DNA of 64,000 nucleotides from a virus: positions 32,001-96,000 of IMG/VR virus record IMGVR_UViG_3300028610_002211, one strand, 5' to 3'. The position numbers were made by a program, and so were the translations under genes. The notes beneath the pieces are model-generated. The model worked only from the letters and a program-made list of their open reading frames with translations, searched no databases and was not told the DNA's origin. Positions 34,903 to 45,033 of the stretch are shown piece by piece. Numbering within the stretch: the stretch's first letter is position 1; each line of letters begins with the position of its first letter.

Positions 34903-35763
34903 ATGTTAAGAACGTTTATTGCGGTTCTATGTTTTTTGATTTTGCCAAGTTGCGAAAACGAAAAACCAATTACTTACAAATCAAATTTAAAAGTAGAAGA
35001 AGATTTTGATTTTTCGTTTGAATGGTTGGACACCGAACAAGAAACCAATTCAAGTTTATTTGAAGAAGTTTGTTTTGAAGAAACTTTTAACAAAACTCAG
35101 AAGGCAAAAAACCAAAAAGCAGAATTCACTTTGGATGAAATAAAAGTAATTGGGCGCGCGGTTGCCGGTGTTTCGAAGTGGAAAAAGAGGTATGGTGTTT
35201 GGTGGGAATGTGGAAAAGCTTACGAGACAGACGAAGAAATTGAGAACTTGGCTCTTTTATATGTTGTTCAAATTTTTAGAAGTGTAAAAAACATTAGTGA
35301 CGAAAGCTTTAAATTGAATCCGTGGGGAATGTTAGGGCTTGTTGCAAATGAGTCGTTTTTTGATCGTTGTGCGCTTGGTTTATATCCAAGAAAAAAAGCT
35401 TATGAACTTGGTATTATCAAAAAGCGGAAAGCGTGTATTTCTCATACTGAAAAGGAGATTTTGACGGCGGTTAATCACCCAAAAATGAGAAAATATTTTT
35501 ATAGAACTGGTTTCGATCTTGGTGTTGGTCAAATGTTGTCTCGTTTTTACAGCGAAGAACAATCGTATGAAAAACAAATTGAATTGGTTTACGGATGTAA
35601 TGAAACAGCGCGCGAACTTCGAAACCGGGCGTTTTGGACGCGATCTAAAAACGGGCCGTCAAAAGAGCCGTGGTTATTTTGGCGGGGTAGCGCAACGCCG
35701 TGGTATGCGGCAAAAATTCGTCGTTGGGCTCAAAGGTTTGGGGCACGTAAAGACGAGATATAA
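34903..35763 (+). CDS. lipoprotein with lysozyme/transglycosylase-like domain
   Basis: signal peptide with lipobox LPSC; ANES.F and D.G.GQM motifs. Confidence 0.55.
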   Translation: MLRTFIAVLCFLILPSCENEKPITYKSNLKVEEDFDFSFEWLDTEQETNSSLFEEVCFEETFNKTQKAKNQKAEFTLDEIKVIGRAVAGVSKWKKRYGVWWECGKAYETDEEIENLALLYVVQIFRSVKNISDESFKLNPWGMLGLVANESFFDRCALGLYPRKKAYELGIIKKRKACISHTEKEILTAVNHPKMRKYFYRTGFDLGVGQMLSRFYSEEQSYEKQIELVYGCNETARELRNRAFWTRSKNGPSKEPWLFWRGSATPWYAAKIRRWAQRFGARKDEI

Positions 35764-35921
35764 TCTGTTTTTCATCTAAAACTAGATCTTTCACAAAAAA
35801 TCGTATAGAATTTTATTGTCATTTGTTTTTCAACCTGCCCCAGTGGCCAAAAAGGTTGCAGGTTGGCGTCACTGTTCGGGCGTCCAACTGTCAAGGGCAA
35901 TTACACAAAGGAAGGTGTAAA

Positions 35922-36221
35922 ATGAGCAGTGGAGTATCAAGAGTAGCGGTAGGTTCTATCAAAGGGACAGGCGCGGATTTGAACGTGAGAACGGTAACGT
36001 TCAAACCAAAGGTTGTTGAATTGCTCAACATTGGCGGGCTTGCGACCGGAAAATGGGTCAAAGGTATGGCCGATGATAGCGCGCTCAAAGCGGTCACGGC
36101 CGGGACCATATCATTGGTCACTTCGGACGGTATCACCCCGTTGTCAGACGGCTTCACAATCGGCGCAGACACTGATCTGAATGTCGATGGTGAGTTGATC
36201 CGTTACGTGGCATACGAGTAA
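35922..36221 (+). CDS. small beta-rich virion protein (decoration-like)
   Basis: SD AGGAAGGT; codon usage like the capsid gene; GFTIG..LN.DG..YVA. Confidence 0.6.
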   Translation: MSSGVSRVAVGSIKGTGADLNVRTVTFKPKVVELLNIGGLATGKWVKGMADDSALKAVTAGTISLVTSDGITPLSDGFTIGADTDLNVDGELIRYVAYE

Positions 36222-36248
36222 AAACCGGTTCGCGAAAGGCGGTGAGAA

Positions 36249-36614
36249 ATGCCTATATCTATCGACAAAACGCCGAATTATGTTTTGTACAGAGAGGGCC
36301 TTGCGGCGGTTGATGCTGTCTTTGACAAAATCGACAAGGGCATTCACACGAGCCACTATCAAACGGCGCTGATTCAAGTTGTGCCAACCGCAACAGCTAA
36401 CCCAACTGTTGAAGTTCGTTGGTGGTCGGCAGGTGCAAGCTTGTTTGTAAAAGAACATACCGCGATCGTTAAAGCGGGGATTGGTGCTGGTATTCCGTAT
36501 GAATTCACGGTCTCTTGTCACGGGCGGATCATGATGGTAGCTGTCAATGTTCTTGCGGCCGGTTCGGCGAAAATCTACGTTTGCGGATCTGAATTCTTAC
36601 CAAACACCTATTAA
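36249..36614 (+). CDS. putative virion protein (jelly-roll-like)
   Basis: SD GGTG; beta-rich. Confidence 0.6.
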   Translation: MPISIDKTPNYVLYREGLAAVDAVFDKIDKGIHTSHYQTALIQVVPTATANPTVEVRWWSAGASLFVKEHTAIVKAGIGAGIPYEFTVSCHGRIMMVAVNVLAAGSAKIYVCGSEFLPNTY

Positions 36615-36620
36615 CAAAAA

Positions 36621-38129
36621 ATGTTGTTATTAGACTCCACAACTTCGTTGGATCAAGGTAGGTCTGACGAGAGTTTACCAGTCGTTGGAAAAAAGCGTTT
36701 AAAGAGGGCTGAAAAATCGGAATTGATCGAGATTTATGAACAATCGATCACGACTGAAAACGCTTGGTTGAAAAAACAAATAGTTGATAATGATCGGATT
36801 GACTTACTTGCAACCGAGATTTTGGGATATGAAGTAAAACCTTTACATCTTGCTTTGTTACAATTTCAGTTTTTACATCCCGAAAATTTACAATTGGTAT
36901 ACAGAGGCAGCGGCAAAAGCACGATGTGTACCGTTACAAAAGCGATTCACTTGTTGTTGAAAAACTCAAATCTTAGAATCTTAATCGCTTCAAAAACTAC
37001 CACTAACGCAATGGCGTTTTTAAAAGAAATTAAAACCCATTTTGCACAAAATGAAAAACTGACTGAAGTTTTTGGCCCGTATTATGACCAAAAACTTACA
37101 ACAAAATGGGATGAAAAAGAGATCGAAGTTTTACCTAGAACTAAATTTACAAAAGAAGCTTCTGTAACGTGTGTTGGCGTTGATGGTACAATTGTTTCTA
37201 AACATTATGACGTGTTGATCTCCGACGACTTGGTTGACGAATCGAATTCACGAACCGATCATATGAGAAGAAAAACACAGACGTTTTATTATCAGACATT
37301 AGAACCAACTTTAGAGGCGCCCGATCCTTCAGTCCCTCATAGAGGCGAACACCATAAACAAGGGACACGTTTTCACTATGATGATCTTTATGGTCATCTT
37401 ATAGCAAACGAGCTTAAAAACCATCACCAAATTATTAAAGCTTTAAACGAAAAAGGCCAAAGTCCGTGGCCAGAAAAACACCCACCGGAGTGGTTTTTAG
37501 AAAAGCTTAAAAAATCCGGTTTGATAATTTTCGGGGCGCAATACCTTTGCGATACCGAAGCGATGAAAGGCAAGGTTTTTCAATATGATGATTGTCAAGT
37601 AATCGAAGACGAAGAAATACCGAAAGAATTACAAATTTATATGGGTATTGATTTGGCGATTGGCGAAAAAGAAGAACATGATAATTTTGTAATTGTGGTT
37701 ATTGGTATTGATACAAACTATAACTATTATATCTTGGATTTCTATGAAGGTAAAATCAGATTTAGCGTTCAAACGAAAAAAATCAGAAAGTATTATAAAA
37801 AATGGGATCCAATAAAAACACTTATTGAAACAAATGCCTATCAAGATGCGCAATACCAAAATTTAAAAGACGAAGATAAAACACTTAGGATAAAACCGAA
37901 AAAACAAACGAAAGACAAAATAACACGGGCTTGGAAACGATCGGCCGATTTCGACGATAAACGCGTATTTTTCAAGAAAACTGGGAAATCACACATTGCA
38001 GTTGAAAGACTTGTGCTTTTCCCAGATGCAAAGGGTTCAAGAGATTTTTTTGATGCATTAGATCTTGCATTTAAAGCGGCAAACACCAAAAAGAAAAGAC
38101 GCAGACCCAAAGAACCGAGTTTAATTTAA
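36621..38129 (+). CDS. terL: terminase large subunit
   Basis: RGSGKS Walker A, LISDD Walker B, GTRFH, GIDLA nuclease, D..DAL. Confidence 0.92.
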   Translation: MLLLDSTTSLDQGRSDESLPVVGKKRLKRAEKSELIEIYEQSITTENAWLKKQIVDNDRIDLLATEILGYEVKPLHLALLQFQFLHPENLQLVYRGSGKSTMCTVTKAIHLLLKNSNLRILIASKTTTNAMAFLKEIKTHFAQNEKLTEVFGPYYDQKLTTKWDEKEIEVLPRTKFTKEASVTCVGVDGTIVSKHYDVLISDDLVDESNSRTDHMRRKTQTFYYQTLEPTLEAPDPSVPHRGEHHKQGTRFHYDDLYGHLIANELKNHHQIIKALNEKGQSPWPEKHPPEWFLEKLKKSGLIIFGAQYLCDTEAMKGKVFQYDDCQVIEDEEIPKELQIYMGIDLAIGEKEEHDNFVIVVIGIDTNYNYYILDFYEGKIRFSVQTKKIRKYYKKWDPIKTLIETNAYQDAQYQNLKDEDKTLRIKPKKQTKDKITRAWKRSADFDDKRVFFKKTGKSHIAVERLVLFPDAKGSRDFFDALDLAFKAANTKKKRRRPKEPSLI

Positions 38130-38138
38130 GGTGAAAAA

Positions 38139-39941
38139 ATGGAAAAGAATACAACAAAGAAGACAGAAGAAACAAGCGATCGAACGGTTGATAGTAACGA
38201 AGTAAACAAAAGCGCATTAAGAGCAATTAGAGCTCGTGTTGTCGAAGTGAGAAAGTCGACCAATGATGTTAAAGATGGTAAATCGAAAAAAGCAGACGAT
38301 GATCCACTTTATCAATTGGGCGAAAGTGGCAGAATTCTGGAAATGCCTTTTGACGCGCTTAGTTTAACCTTGTTGCTTGAACATAGTGGCGAATTGTCTC
38401 AATGTATTGAGGCAATGGAGATCAATATTGAAAGTTTTGGCCACAGGTTTATTCCCAGAACGAAAAACAATCTTGATGTTAAATTACCCGATTCACTCAA
38501 AGAAGAAATGAAAAAAGAGCGCGTTCGTCTTGAAAACTTTTTTGCAAATTGCACGTTTGAGTCTTTTGTCAATTTTAGACGAAGGCGGAGAAAAGATCTT
38601 GAATCGACTGGAAATTGTTTTTTTGAAGTTGTGCGCGGCGCTTCTGGCGACATACAGAGTTTTGTACATATACCGGCTTATCAAGTTCGACTTGGTAGAC
38701 AAGATAAAGATTTAGTAAAAACTATAAGGCCAGCTTATCAATTGCAATTAGATGGTTCTGTTGAAATTGTGAAGTTGACAGAATGGAGAAGGTTTAGAAC
38801 ATATGTTCAATCGAGATTATCAAGGCGCCAGAATTTAGACATTATACCGGGCGATCGGATTCGATGGTTTAAAGAATTTGGTGATGAAAGGGTTTACGAG
38901 GCTGAAACCGGTCATCCACAAAGCGAAGTGGACGAAACAATTCCGTGGGAAAAACAAGCAAACGAAATGATCCATGTTGATTTATACTCGGCCAGAAGTC
39001 CGTATGGTTTACCGCGTTACATTGGAAATTTGCTTTCAATTTTTGGAGATCGAGCGGCCGAAGAAATCAACTATGTCACTTTCAAAAACAACAATATACC
39101 TTCGATGGTTATTTTATGCTCAAATGGACAATTGACGCAAGGTTCAGTTGAAAGAATCGAAAGTTTTGTTGAAAGCCAAGTTCAAGGATCTGATAACTAC
39201 AGCAAATTTTTGATCGTCGAAGCTGAGGGTGATTTAGAAGGTGAAGACGGGAATCAAATAAAACTCGAAATCAAACCGTTAACTGAAGATCAACATACAG
39301 ACGCGTTGTTTCAAACTTATTCGAAAAATAGCAAAGATAATGTTCGGCGCTCTTTCCGTTTACCTCCAATTTTGGTTGGTCATACTGCGGATTATAACAA
39401 AGCAACAGCGGATACAAGTAGACGGCTAGCAGATGAACAGATTTTTGCGCCCGAGCGCGACGAATTTGACACGTTGATGAACCGGCTGATTTTTCCAGTG
39501 TTGGGGATCCTTTATCACAAATACAAGTCAAATTCACCAAACACAACCGATAATGAACAGCTTGTTAAAATGCTTGCTACTTCAGAAAAGACGGGCGGTA
39601 TGACCCCGTTTATTGCACGGTTTATATTAGAAGGTATTTTGGGCCAAGATTTACCACCTTTCACGGAAAAATTCGATCAACATATGCCGTTTTCTTTGTT
39701 AATGGCCGAAGCTGTAAAAAACAAAGCCGATCCGACCGAACCCGGGCAACAAGTAACCGCGATCAAAAGCGACGGTACGGTTGACGGTGACGTTTTGATA
39801 ACGCTTTTAAAAAAGGTTTTGGGCCCGAAGGATCCGTTAATTGAGCATTTAACATCTCTTCAATCTGAAATTGAAAAACAGTGGTCCGCTGATTTAGATG
39901 AAGATCACGATCACGACGAAGAAGACGAAGACAACGAATAA
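38139..39941 (+). CDS. portal protein (PBSX-like)
   Basis: DLESTGN.F.EV.R, HIPA, YGLPRY, F.NNN.P, FRLPP.LVG, N.ATA; follows terL. Confidence 0.9.
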   Translation: MEKNTTKKTEETSDRTVDSNEVNKSALRAIRARVVEVRKSTNDVKDGKSKKADDDPLYQLGESGRILEMPFDALSLTLLLEHSGELSQCIEAMEINIESFGHRFIPRTKNNLDVKLPDSLKEEMKKERVRLENFFANCTFESFVNFRRRRRKDLESTGNCFFEVVRGASGDIQSFVHIPAYQVRLGRQDKDLVKTIRPAYQLQLDGSVEIVKLTEWRRFRTYVQSRLSRRQNLDIIPGDRIRWFKEFGDERVYEAETGHPQSEVDETIPWEKQANEMIHVDLYSARSPYGLPRYIGNLLSIFGDRAAEEINYVTFKNNNIPSMVILCSNGQLTQGSVERIESFVESQVQGSDNYSKFLIVEAEGDLEGEDGNQIKLEIKPLTEDQHTDALFQTYSKNSKDNVRRSFRLPPILVGHTADYNKATADTSRRLADEQIFAPERDEFDTLMNRLIFPVLGILYHKYKSNSPNTTDNEQLVKMLATSEKTGGMTPFIARFILEGILGQDLPPFTEKFDQHMPFSLLMAEAVKNKADPTEPGQQVTAIKSDGTVDGDVLITLLKKVLGPKDPLIEHLTSLQSEIEKQWSADLDEDHDHDEEDEDNE

Positions 39942-41811
39942 ATTGACGGCGCTTCAAACATATACGCGCTTGGTAAAAGTCGATTCTGTTATTGCCAAGG
40001 TCGCGAAAATTTCAGAAGTCACCCAAATTGGGCGCGGTGAAAAACGAACCCGTTCTTTTATGCAGAGCGCTTGGCAGAAAAGAGCCAAAGAAGCCACTGA
40101 AAAAGCTATTCAACTTGCCAAAAAATTAGAGAAACCTGAAAAAATTGCGGCGGCAATTGACGCAATAATGGAGCAATGGAAAACAGATGTTTTACCAGTA
40201 TTTATATCCGAGTTTTCGCTTGCCTATCGTTTGGGGCGTGAAGTCGGTTACAAAAAAGCAACAAGGCAGATCAAAGGTTCGCTTCGTTACGGATTGCCAA
40301 AAGAAACACCCGTTACAAAAGCAAAGGCGCCGGTTGAGTTATTACCATCCTTTGACATTATCGATCGAGAAAATTTAAAGGCGCTCACTAATCACCAAGT
40401 TTTTTGGATCGGCGATTTTTACAAAAAAGGCGTTTCCCAACAAATAGCGGCAACAACCAAAGATGTGATGGCAAGGTGGGGTGAAGGCGCTACAATTGCC
40501 GGGCGCCGGATGGGGCAGAAAATCAGTGAAAATTTTGCCCATGTTCGTTTACCAAGCGGTTTTGTGGGGACTCCAAAACAATATTTCAGCGGGTTGACAG
40601 CAAACGCTTTCACTGTGGGCCGTGTTCACGGTCAAATGCGTTCTTTTGCTGAGATAGGTATCAAGACTTATACAATCAGTAACCCGGTCGATAAGCGCAC
40701 CTGTAAACGTTGTGCTCACTTAAACGATAAACGCTTCACTACAAAACAAGGTGTTGACGCTATGCACGCGGAACTTTCGGCAAAGTCGAAAGCCGGTGTT
40801 AAAGCGGTTCACCCTTGGCTTTCGTTGGGTGAAATTCAAAAAATTTCACCAAAGCCAGGTTTTGTTGGGGGTGCGGCGGGCGTCAAAGATGCAAAGGCTT
40901 TGTCCGAAGCCGGGCAAGCTTTGCCGCCATTTCACTTTAAATGCCGTTGTACGGTCGATATAGCGATCGACTCGATGTCATACAGTAATCTAGTACCGTT
41001 AACACCACCGACCGCTAGGAAGCCTTCTAGACCCCTTGAGCTTAAACCACCAAAAGCGAGAATCGCAACATTGAGAGATCGGATCGGCCAACTATTGCGA
41101 ACTTCGATAATTCGCAAAACATCTTTTACCCATGTTGAAGGTGAAAAGTTTGCGTTTTTAGAAATGCAATCGATACAACCGGGGGGCAAAAAAGCAATAA
41201 CTGCTCTTTGGAAAACAGCGGGAACTGAAAAAGCCGAATCTTCGTTTTATCGTTTAGATCGAGAATTGGGTGGAAAAACAATTGTCCCGCCAACAATAGC
41301 CAGGGATCCCGGCTTGGGATCTGGTGTTGGTACACTTCAACATTTTGAAAAACGTTGGAAGGTTACCGATAAAATTACAGACGCCCAGAAACAAAGAATT
41401 CGTTTACTAGATTTTGTTTCTGGTAACAGCCAAAGAAGAAAAGGGAATATCTTAAAAACTGGCGCTGGTATAGCTGTTGTGAATAACGACGGTGGTTTTA
41501 AATCGGTAACTCCAAAAAAATATTACTACCCAACTTCGGATAAATTGAAAGATTTGAGCGCAACCGATGTAAAAAAATTGAAGAAAATCGGTTTGAAAAG
41601 AATTGCCGAAATCTTAGAACAAGAGGGCATTTCTAAAAAAGCCGCAAGATTAACACTTTTACGGGCGAAATTGGTAATCGATAAGCCCAAACTTTTAACC
41701 AAAAAGAAGACAAAAACCCTTTGGAATGACCTAGAAAACAACCCCAAAAAACACTTAAAGTCTAAAGATGTTAAGAAGATAGATACCATTTTAGATACAA
41801 TTTACAAGTAG
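39898..41811 (+). CDS. head morphogenesis protein (SPP1 gp7/Mu F) fused to a degenerate PI3K/PI4K/HipA-like kinase domain
   Basis: D.RTC..C..L and PPFH.KCRC; C-terminal E...Y.LD..LG..VP.T, LDF..GN.QR..GNIL, VNND.GF. Confidence 0.8.
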   Translation: MKITITTKKTKTTNKLTALQTYTRLVKVDSVIAKVAKISEVTQIGRGEKRTRSFMQSAWQKRAKEATEKAIQLAKKLEKPEKIAAAIDAIMEQWKTDVLPVFISEFSLAYRLGREVGYKKATRQIKGSLRYGLPKETPVTKAKAPVELLPSFDIIDRENLKALTNHQVFWIGDFYKKGVSQQIAATTKDVMARWGEGATIAGRRMGQKISENFAHVRLPSGFVGTPKQYFSGLTANAFTVGRVHGQMRSFAEIGIKTYTISNPVDKRTCKRCAHLNDKRFTTKQGVDAMHAELSAKSKAGVKAVHPWLSLGEIQKISPKPGFVGGAAGVKDAKALSEAGQALPPFHFKCRCTVDIAIDSMSYSNLVPLTPPTARKPSRPLELKPPKARIATLRDRIGQLLRTSIIRKTSFTHVEGEKFAFLEMQSIQPGGKKAITALWKTAGTEKAESSFYRLDRELGGKTIVPPTIARDPGLGSGVGTLQHFEKRWKVTDKITDAQKQRIRLLDFVSGNSQRRKGNILKTGAGIAVVNNDGGFKSVTPKKYYYPTSDKLKDLSATDVKKLKKIGLKRIAEILEQEGISKKAARLTLLRAKLVIDKPKLLTKKKTKTLWNDLENNPKKHLKSKDVKKIDTILDTIYK

Positions 41812-41900
41812 CAGAATAGATCTATTTTACAGGCTTCTTTTCATTTCTCACAACTTTTATACTAATATCTAAATTAGAGTGTATTTTTCGAGGTTGAAAC

Positions 41901-42425
41901 ATGCCACGTAGAGCGATGACAGCACAAAAATACGAACAATTAAAAGCTGAAAAACAGATCATTCCGGTTGAAAGTGATGAACCGAAAGAGCCGGTTGCAA
42001 TCGCCAAAAATACAGAAGAAGCGGTTTCAGTAATTAAGGCATATGTCAAACTTGTAAAGTTAGCAAAAGAAGAACAAAAAGTTACCGGCGTTGTTTTAGA
42101 GCCGAATGTTTTTGACACGCAAAAAACGACTATTAGTGATGAAGTAATCCGAAAAGCGGCACATGGCTTTTTAGCTGGCTTCAATATAACAACCAAACTT
42201 GGTGTCCAACATAAAGATTTCAAAAAACCGTTTGAACTTTGCGAATCATATATTGCGCCGATCGATTTTGCGTTAGGTGATAAAACGATCAAAAAAGGAT
42301 CATGGGTTGTAATCCTAAAAATTCTAAGCAAGAAAATTTGGGACAGGATTAAAAAGGGCGAAATCACCGGTTTTTCAATCGGCGGAAAAGCCAAAATCAA
42401 AAAACTCAAAAAAGAGGCTGCATAA
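41901..42425 (+). CDS. XkdF-like prohead serine protease
   Basis: GVVLEP..D, I.KAAH.F, QH, ESYIAP, KKGSW, IKKGEITGFSIGG. Confidence 0.88.
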   Translation: MPRRAMTAQKYEQLKAEKQIIPVESDEPKEPVAIAKNTEEAVSVIKAYVKLVKLAKEEQKVTGVVLEPNVFDTQKTTISDEVIRKAAHGFLAGFNITTKLGVQHKDFKKPFELCESYIAPIDFALGDKTIKKGSWVVILKILSKKIWDRIKKGEITGFSIGGKAKIKKLKKEAA

Positions 42426-42426
42426 A

Positions 42427-43338
42427 ATGACCGAAGAAGTGGCTTTAGAAAAGGCGGAAAGTGTTGGTGTTGAACATGAATACACCGATTTGGAAGTTAA
42501 CGAAATTTCAGTGGTAGATAGGCCAGCAAATCAAAAAGAATTTGCTGTAATCAAATGCGTTGGAAACAGCGCAACACAAAAAGGAGTGGAACCAATGGCC
42601 GATCAAGTAGCGAAATCTACAGAAGAGGCTGCTAATGTCGAAGTGGTTCCTGTCGAAGTGGCCAAGAACGATGATGACTCGGCCATGGAGCAGGCGCTTG
42701 AAAACCTCGACACTATTTCGAAATCGATTGCGGGGTTAGCCGCTCAAGTCGAAGACGAAGAAGGCGGCAAAACCGAAACCGAAACAGAGGCGGAAAAGGC
42801 CGCCAAAAAAGAAACACCGGCAACGATCTTTGCCAACGCGTTGAAGGCAACCGGCGTTAAAGGCGAAGCGCTCAAAACCGCGCTCAAAAAGTACGAAAAA
42901 GTTTGTGCTTGTGGTTCGGCGACGGTTCAAAAGACCGAAACCAAAACCGAAACCGAAGGCGCCGAAACCGAAACCGAAGGGGACAACGATTTCATGGGGA
43001 ATCTTGCGGCGGCGGTTACTAAAGCCAAGGTGTTGACCCCGAAACGGCTTGCGGCGTTAAAAGCGTTGCAAGAACAGTTGGCCAAGATGATCGGTGAAAT
43101 GGAAGGAATCCCTCATTCCAAATCACCGAAAACCAAGGTTCCGAAAAACGCAAGTTTCGGCGCAAGCGGTCTAAGCACGATCACAAAAAGCTTCGAAACC
43201 ATATCGACGGCGCTGAAAACGCTAACTGGTCGAATCGAACAGATCGAAAACACCCGTCAAGGATCGAAAAGCCTTGGCGAAAGCGGCACTGTAACAACAA
43301 AAAAGGCGGATAAAGATCTTTGGGACAACGTTCTGTAA
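42427..43338 (+). CDS. capsid scaffold protein (internal start at 42595)
   Basis: EISVVDRPAN N-terminal motif, acidic/coiled-coil body, located between protease and capsid genes. Confidence 0.75.
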   Translation: MTEEVALEKAESVGVEHEYTDLEVNEISVVDRPANQKEFAVIKCVGNSATQKGVEPMADQVAKSTEEAANVEVVPVEVAKNDDDSAMEQALENLDTISKSIAGLAAQVEDEEGGKTETETEAEKAAKKETPATIFANALKATGVKGEALKTALKKYEKVCACGSATVQKTETKTETEGAETETEGDNDFMGNLAAAVTKAKVLTPKRLAALKALQEQLAKMIGEMEGIPHSKSPKTKVPKNASFGASGLSTITKSFETISTALKTLTGRIEQIENTRQGSKSLGESGTVTTKKADKDLWDNVL

Positions 43339-43384
43339 AAGAATCGTCCTAGACACCTTTTAACGTAATAGGAGAAAACACAAA

Positions 43385-44593
43385 ATGGGCAATATCGTAA
43401 ATGAGGAATTAGTGCACGAAGAAGTGCAAAAAGCTATTACCGCCGCTGATGATCTCGCAACGGGTGGTAAACTCAACGCCGCGCAAAGCGATCGTTTCAT
43501 CGATTATGTGATCGATGAAACGGTTTTGAAACAAAACGCGCGGACCGTGCGATTCCGCAACGAAACGCTAAACATCGACAAAATCGGAATCGGCAGACGA
43601 GCGGCCGTTCCAAAGGTCGAAGCAAAGGATCCGGGTGTTCGACGCGGGATCACAACTTCGCAAGTTCCTTTGACCCCTTCAGAGGTGATGGTGCCAATTG
43701 AGATCTCGGATAATTTCCGGGAGTTGAACATCGAAGGCGACAACGTAACGGATACCATCATCCGTTTATTCGCCACCCAACTGGCCAACGATCTCGAAGA
43801 ACTCTATTTGATCGGTGATACGGTCGGTCCGGCAGTGCTCGAAGGTGACATTGTCGACAGCGGTTCAACAACGTTGTACATCAAAGATTCTTATCTGGCG
43901 TTGCAGAACGGTTGGCAAAAACTCGCAGACGGCGGACACCTCGTTGACGCACTCGGTTTGAACATTGGTGCAAGCGTGTTTTCGCAAGCGCTGCGAGCAA
44001 TGCCGACCAAGTTCCGCAGAAACAGAAAAAATCTACGCTTCTTCATGAGCCCGGATCTGGCTCAACTCTACGCTGAAAAGCTTTCGACCCGTGCGACCAA
44101 AGGCGGCGACGATGCAATGGCTGGAATGATTATCACACCTTTCGGTGTGCCGATCGTCGAAGTTCCGTTGTGGGATTTCCAACCAAAACAGGTCGAACAT
44201 GTCGCATTGCCGGGCACAACGGTTGTGGCGCTGAAATACAAGAACATCGTTGATGTTGTTGTGTTGCCTGAAACACTCGACGATACCCCCACAACGCCTT
44301 TCATCTCGGGAACTGATTACACCCTAGATGCGGCGGCCGGGACGATTGCGCGTGACGGTGGGGGTTCTATCGGCGACGGGGACACGGTCAAGGTGACCTA
44401 CGGGGCGAGCCCGCAAATAATGCTCACCCACATGAACAACTTCATTGTCGGGATCGGGCGTGATGTTCGGATCGAGAAAGACCGCGACATCTACAAAACG
44501 GTCGATCAATACGCGATCACGGCGAAAGTAGCGGTCCAAATCGAAGAAGTCGACGCGATCGTGAAGGTGTACAACATTGGCACGGGCGTTTAA
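43385..44593 (+). CDS. major capsid protein (HK97 fold, XkdG-like) with inserted Ig-like domain
   Basis: GG.LN..Q...FI, NIEG, A.DLE.L...GD, MP.KF, GVPIV.VP; SD AGGAG. Confidence 0.9.
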   Translation: MGNIVNEELVHEEVQKAITAADDLATGGKLNAAQSDRFIDYVIDETVLKQNARTVRFRNETLNIDKIGIGRRAAVPKVEAKDPGVRRGITTSQVPLTPSEVMVPIEISDNFRELNIEGDNVTDTIIRLFATQLANDLEELYLIGDTVGPAVLEGDIVDSGSTTLYIKDSYLALQNGWQKLADGGHLVDALGLNIGASVFSQALRAMPTKFRRNRKNLRFFMSPDLAQLYAEKLSTRATKGGDDAMAGMIITPFGVPIVEVPLWDFQPKQVEHVALPGTTVVALKYKNIVDVVVLPETLDDTPTTPFISGTDYTLDAAAGTIARDGGGSIGDGDTVKVTYGASPQIMLTHMNNFIVGIGRDVRIEKDRDIYKTVDQYAITAKVAVQIEEVDAIVKVYNIGTGV

Positions 44594-44690
44594 GTAACCG
44601 GCGCCATTGCCAAGCTTTAACAGAAGGATAGATAAACAGAGAAAACAAGCCGCTGATTGATTACAAGGGCGGCGCAAGAAAGGCGAAAAA

Positions 44691-45029
44691 ATGCCAAGGG
44701 CAAAATGTGTATTAACAAGAGGGCCGAGAACCCACACTGTTAAAAACAGGACATTTAAACGAGGCGAATCGCAAACCCTCACAACCGATCACGAAATCAA
44801 TTACTACAGATCAACCTACGGATTCACGGTCACAATGTTGGAAGGGGACAAGAAGGAAAAGACCGCGAAGAAAACGAAAAAGCGAATCTTCACCGAAGAA
44901 GAGTTGTTTGCGAAGAAAAAAACCAAGTTGGTTACCATGGCTGAAAAACACCAAGTTCTTTTGACCGGTAGGGAAAAGAAACCCGAATTGGTCGAAGCGA
45001 TTTTAGCCGCTCAAGACTTCGAGGATTAA
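44691..45029 (+). CDS. Rho-N/HeH-like domain head accessory protein
   Basis: L...K..L...A......KK.ELV.AIL. Confidence 0.65.
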   Translation: MPRAKCVLTRGPRTHTVKNRTFKRGESQTLTTDHEINYYRSTYGFTVTMLEGDKKEKTAKKTKKRIFTEEELFAKKKTKLVTMAEKHQVLLTGREKKPELVEAILAAQDFED

Positions 45030-45033
45030 AAAA

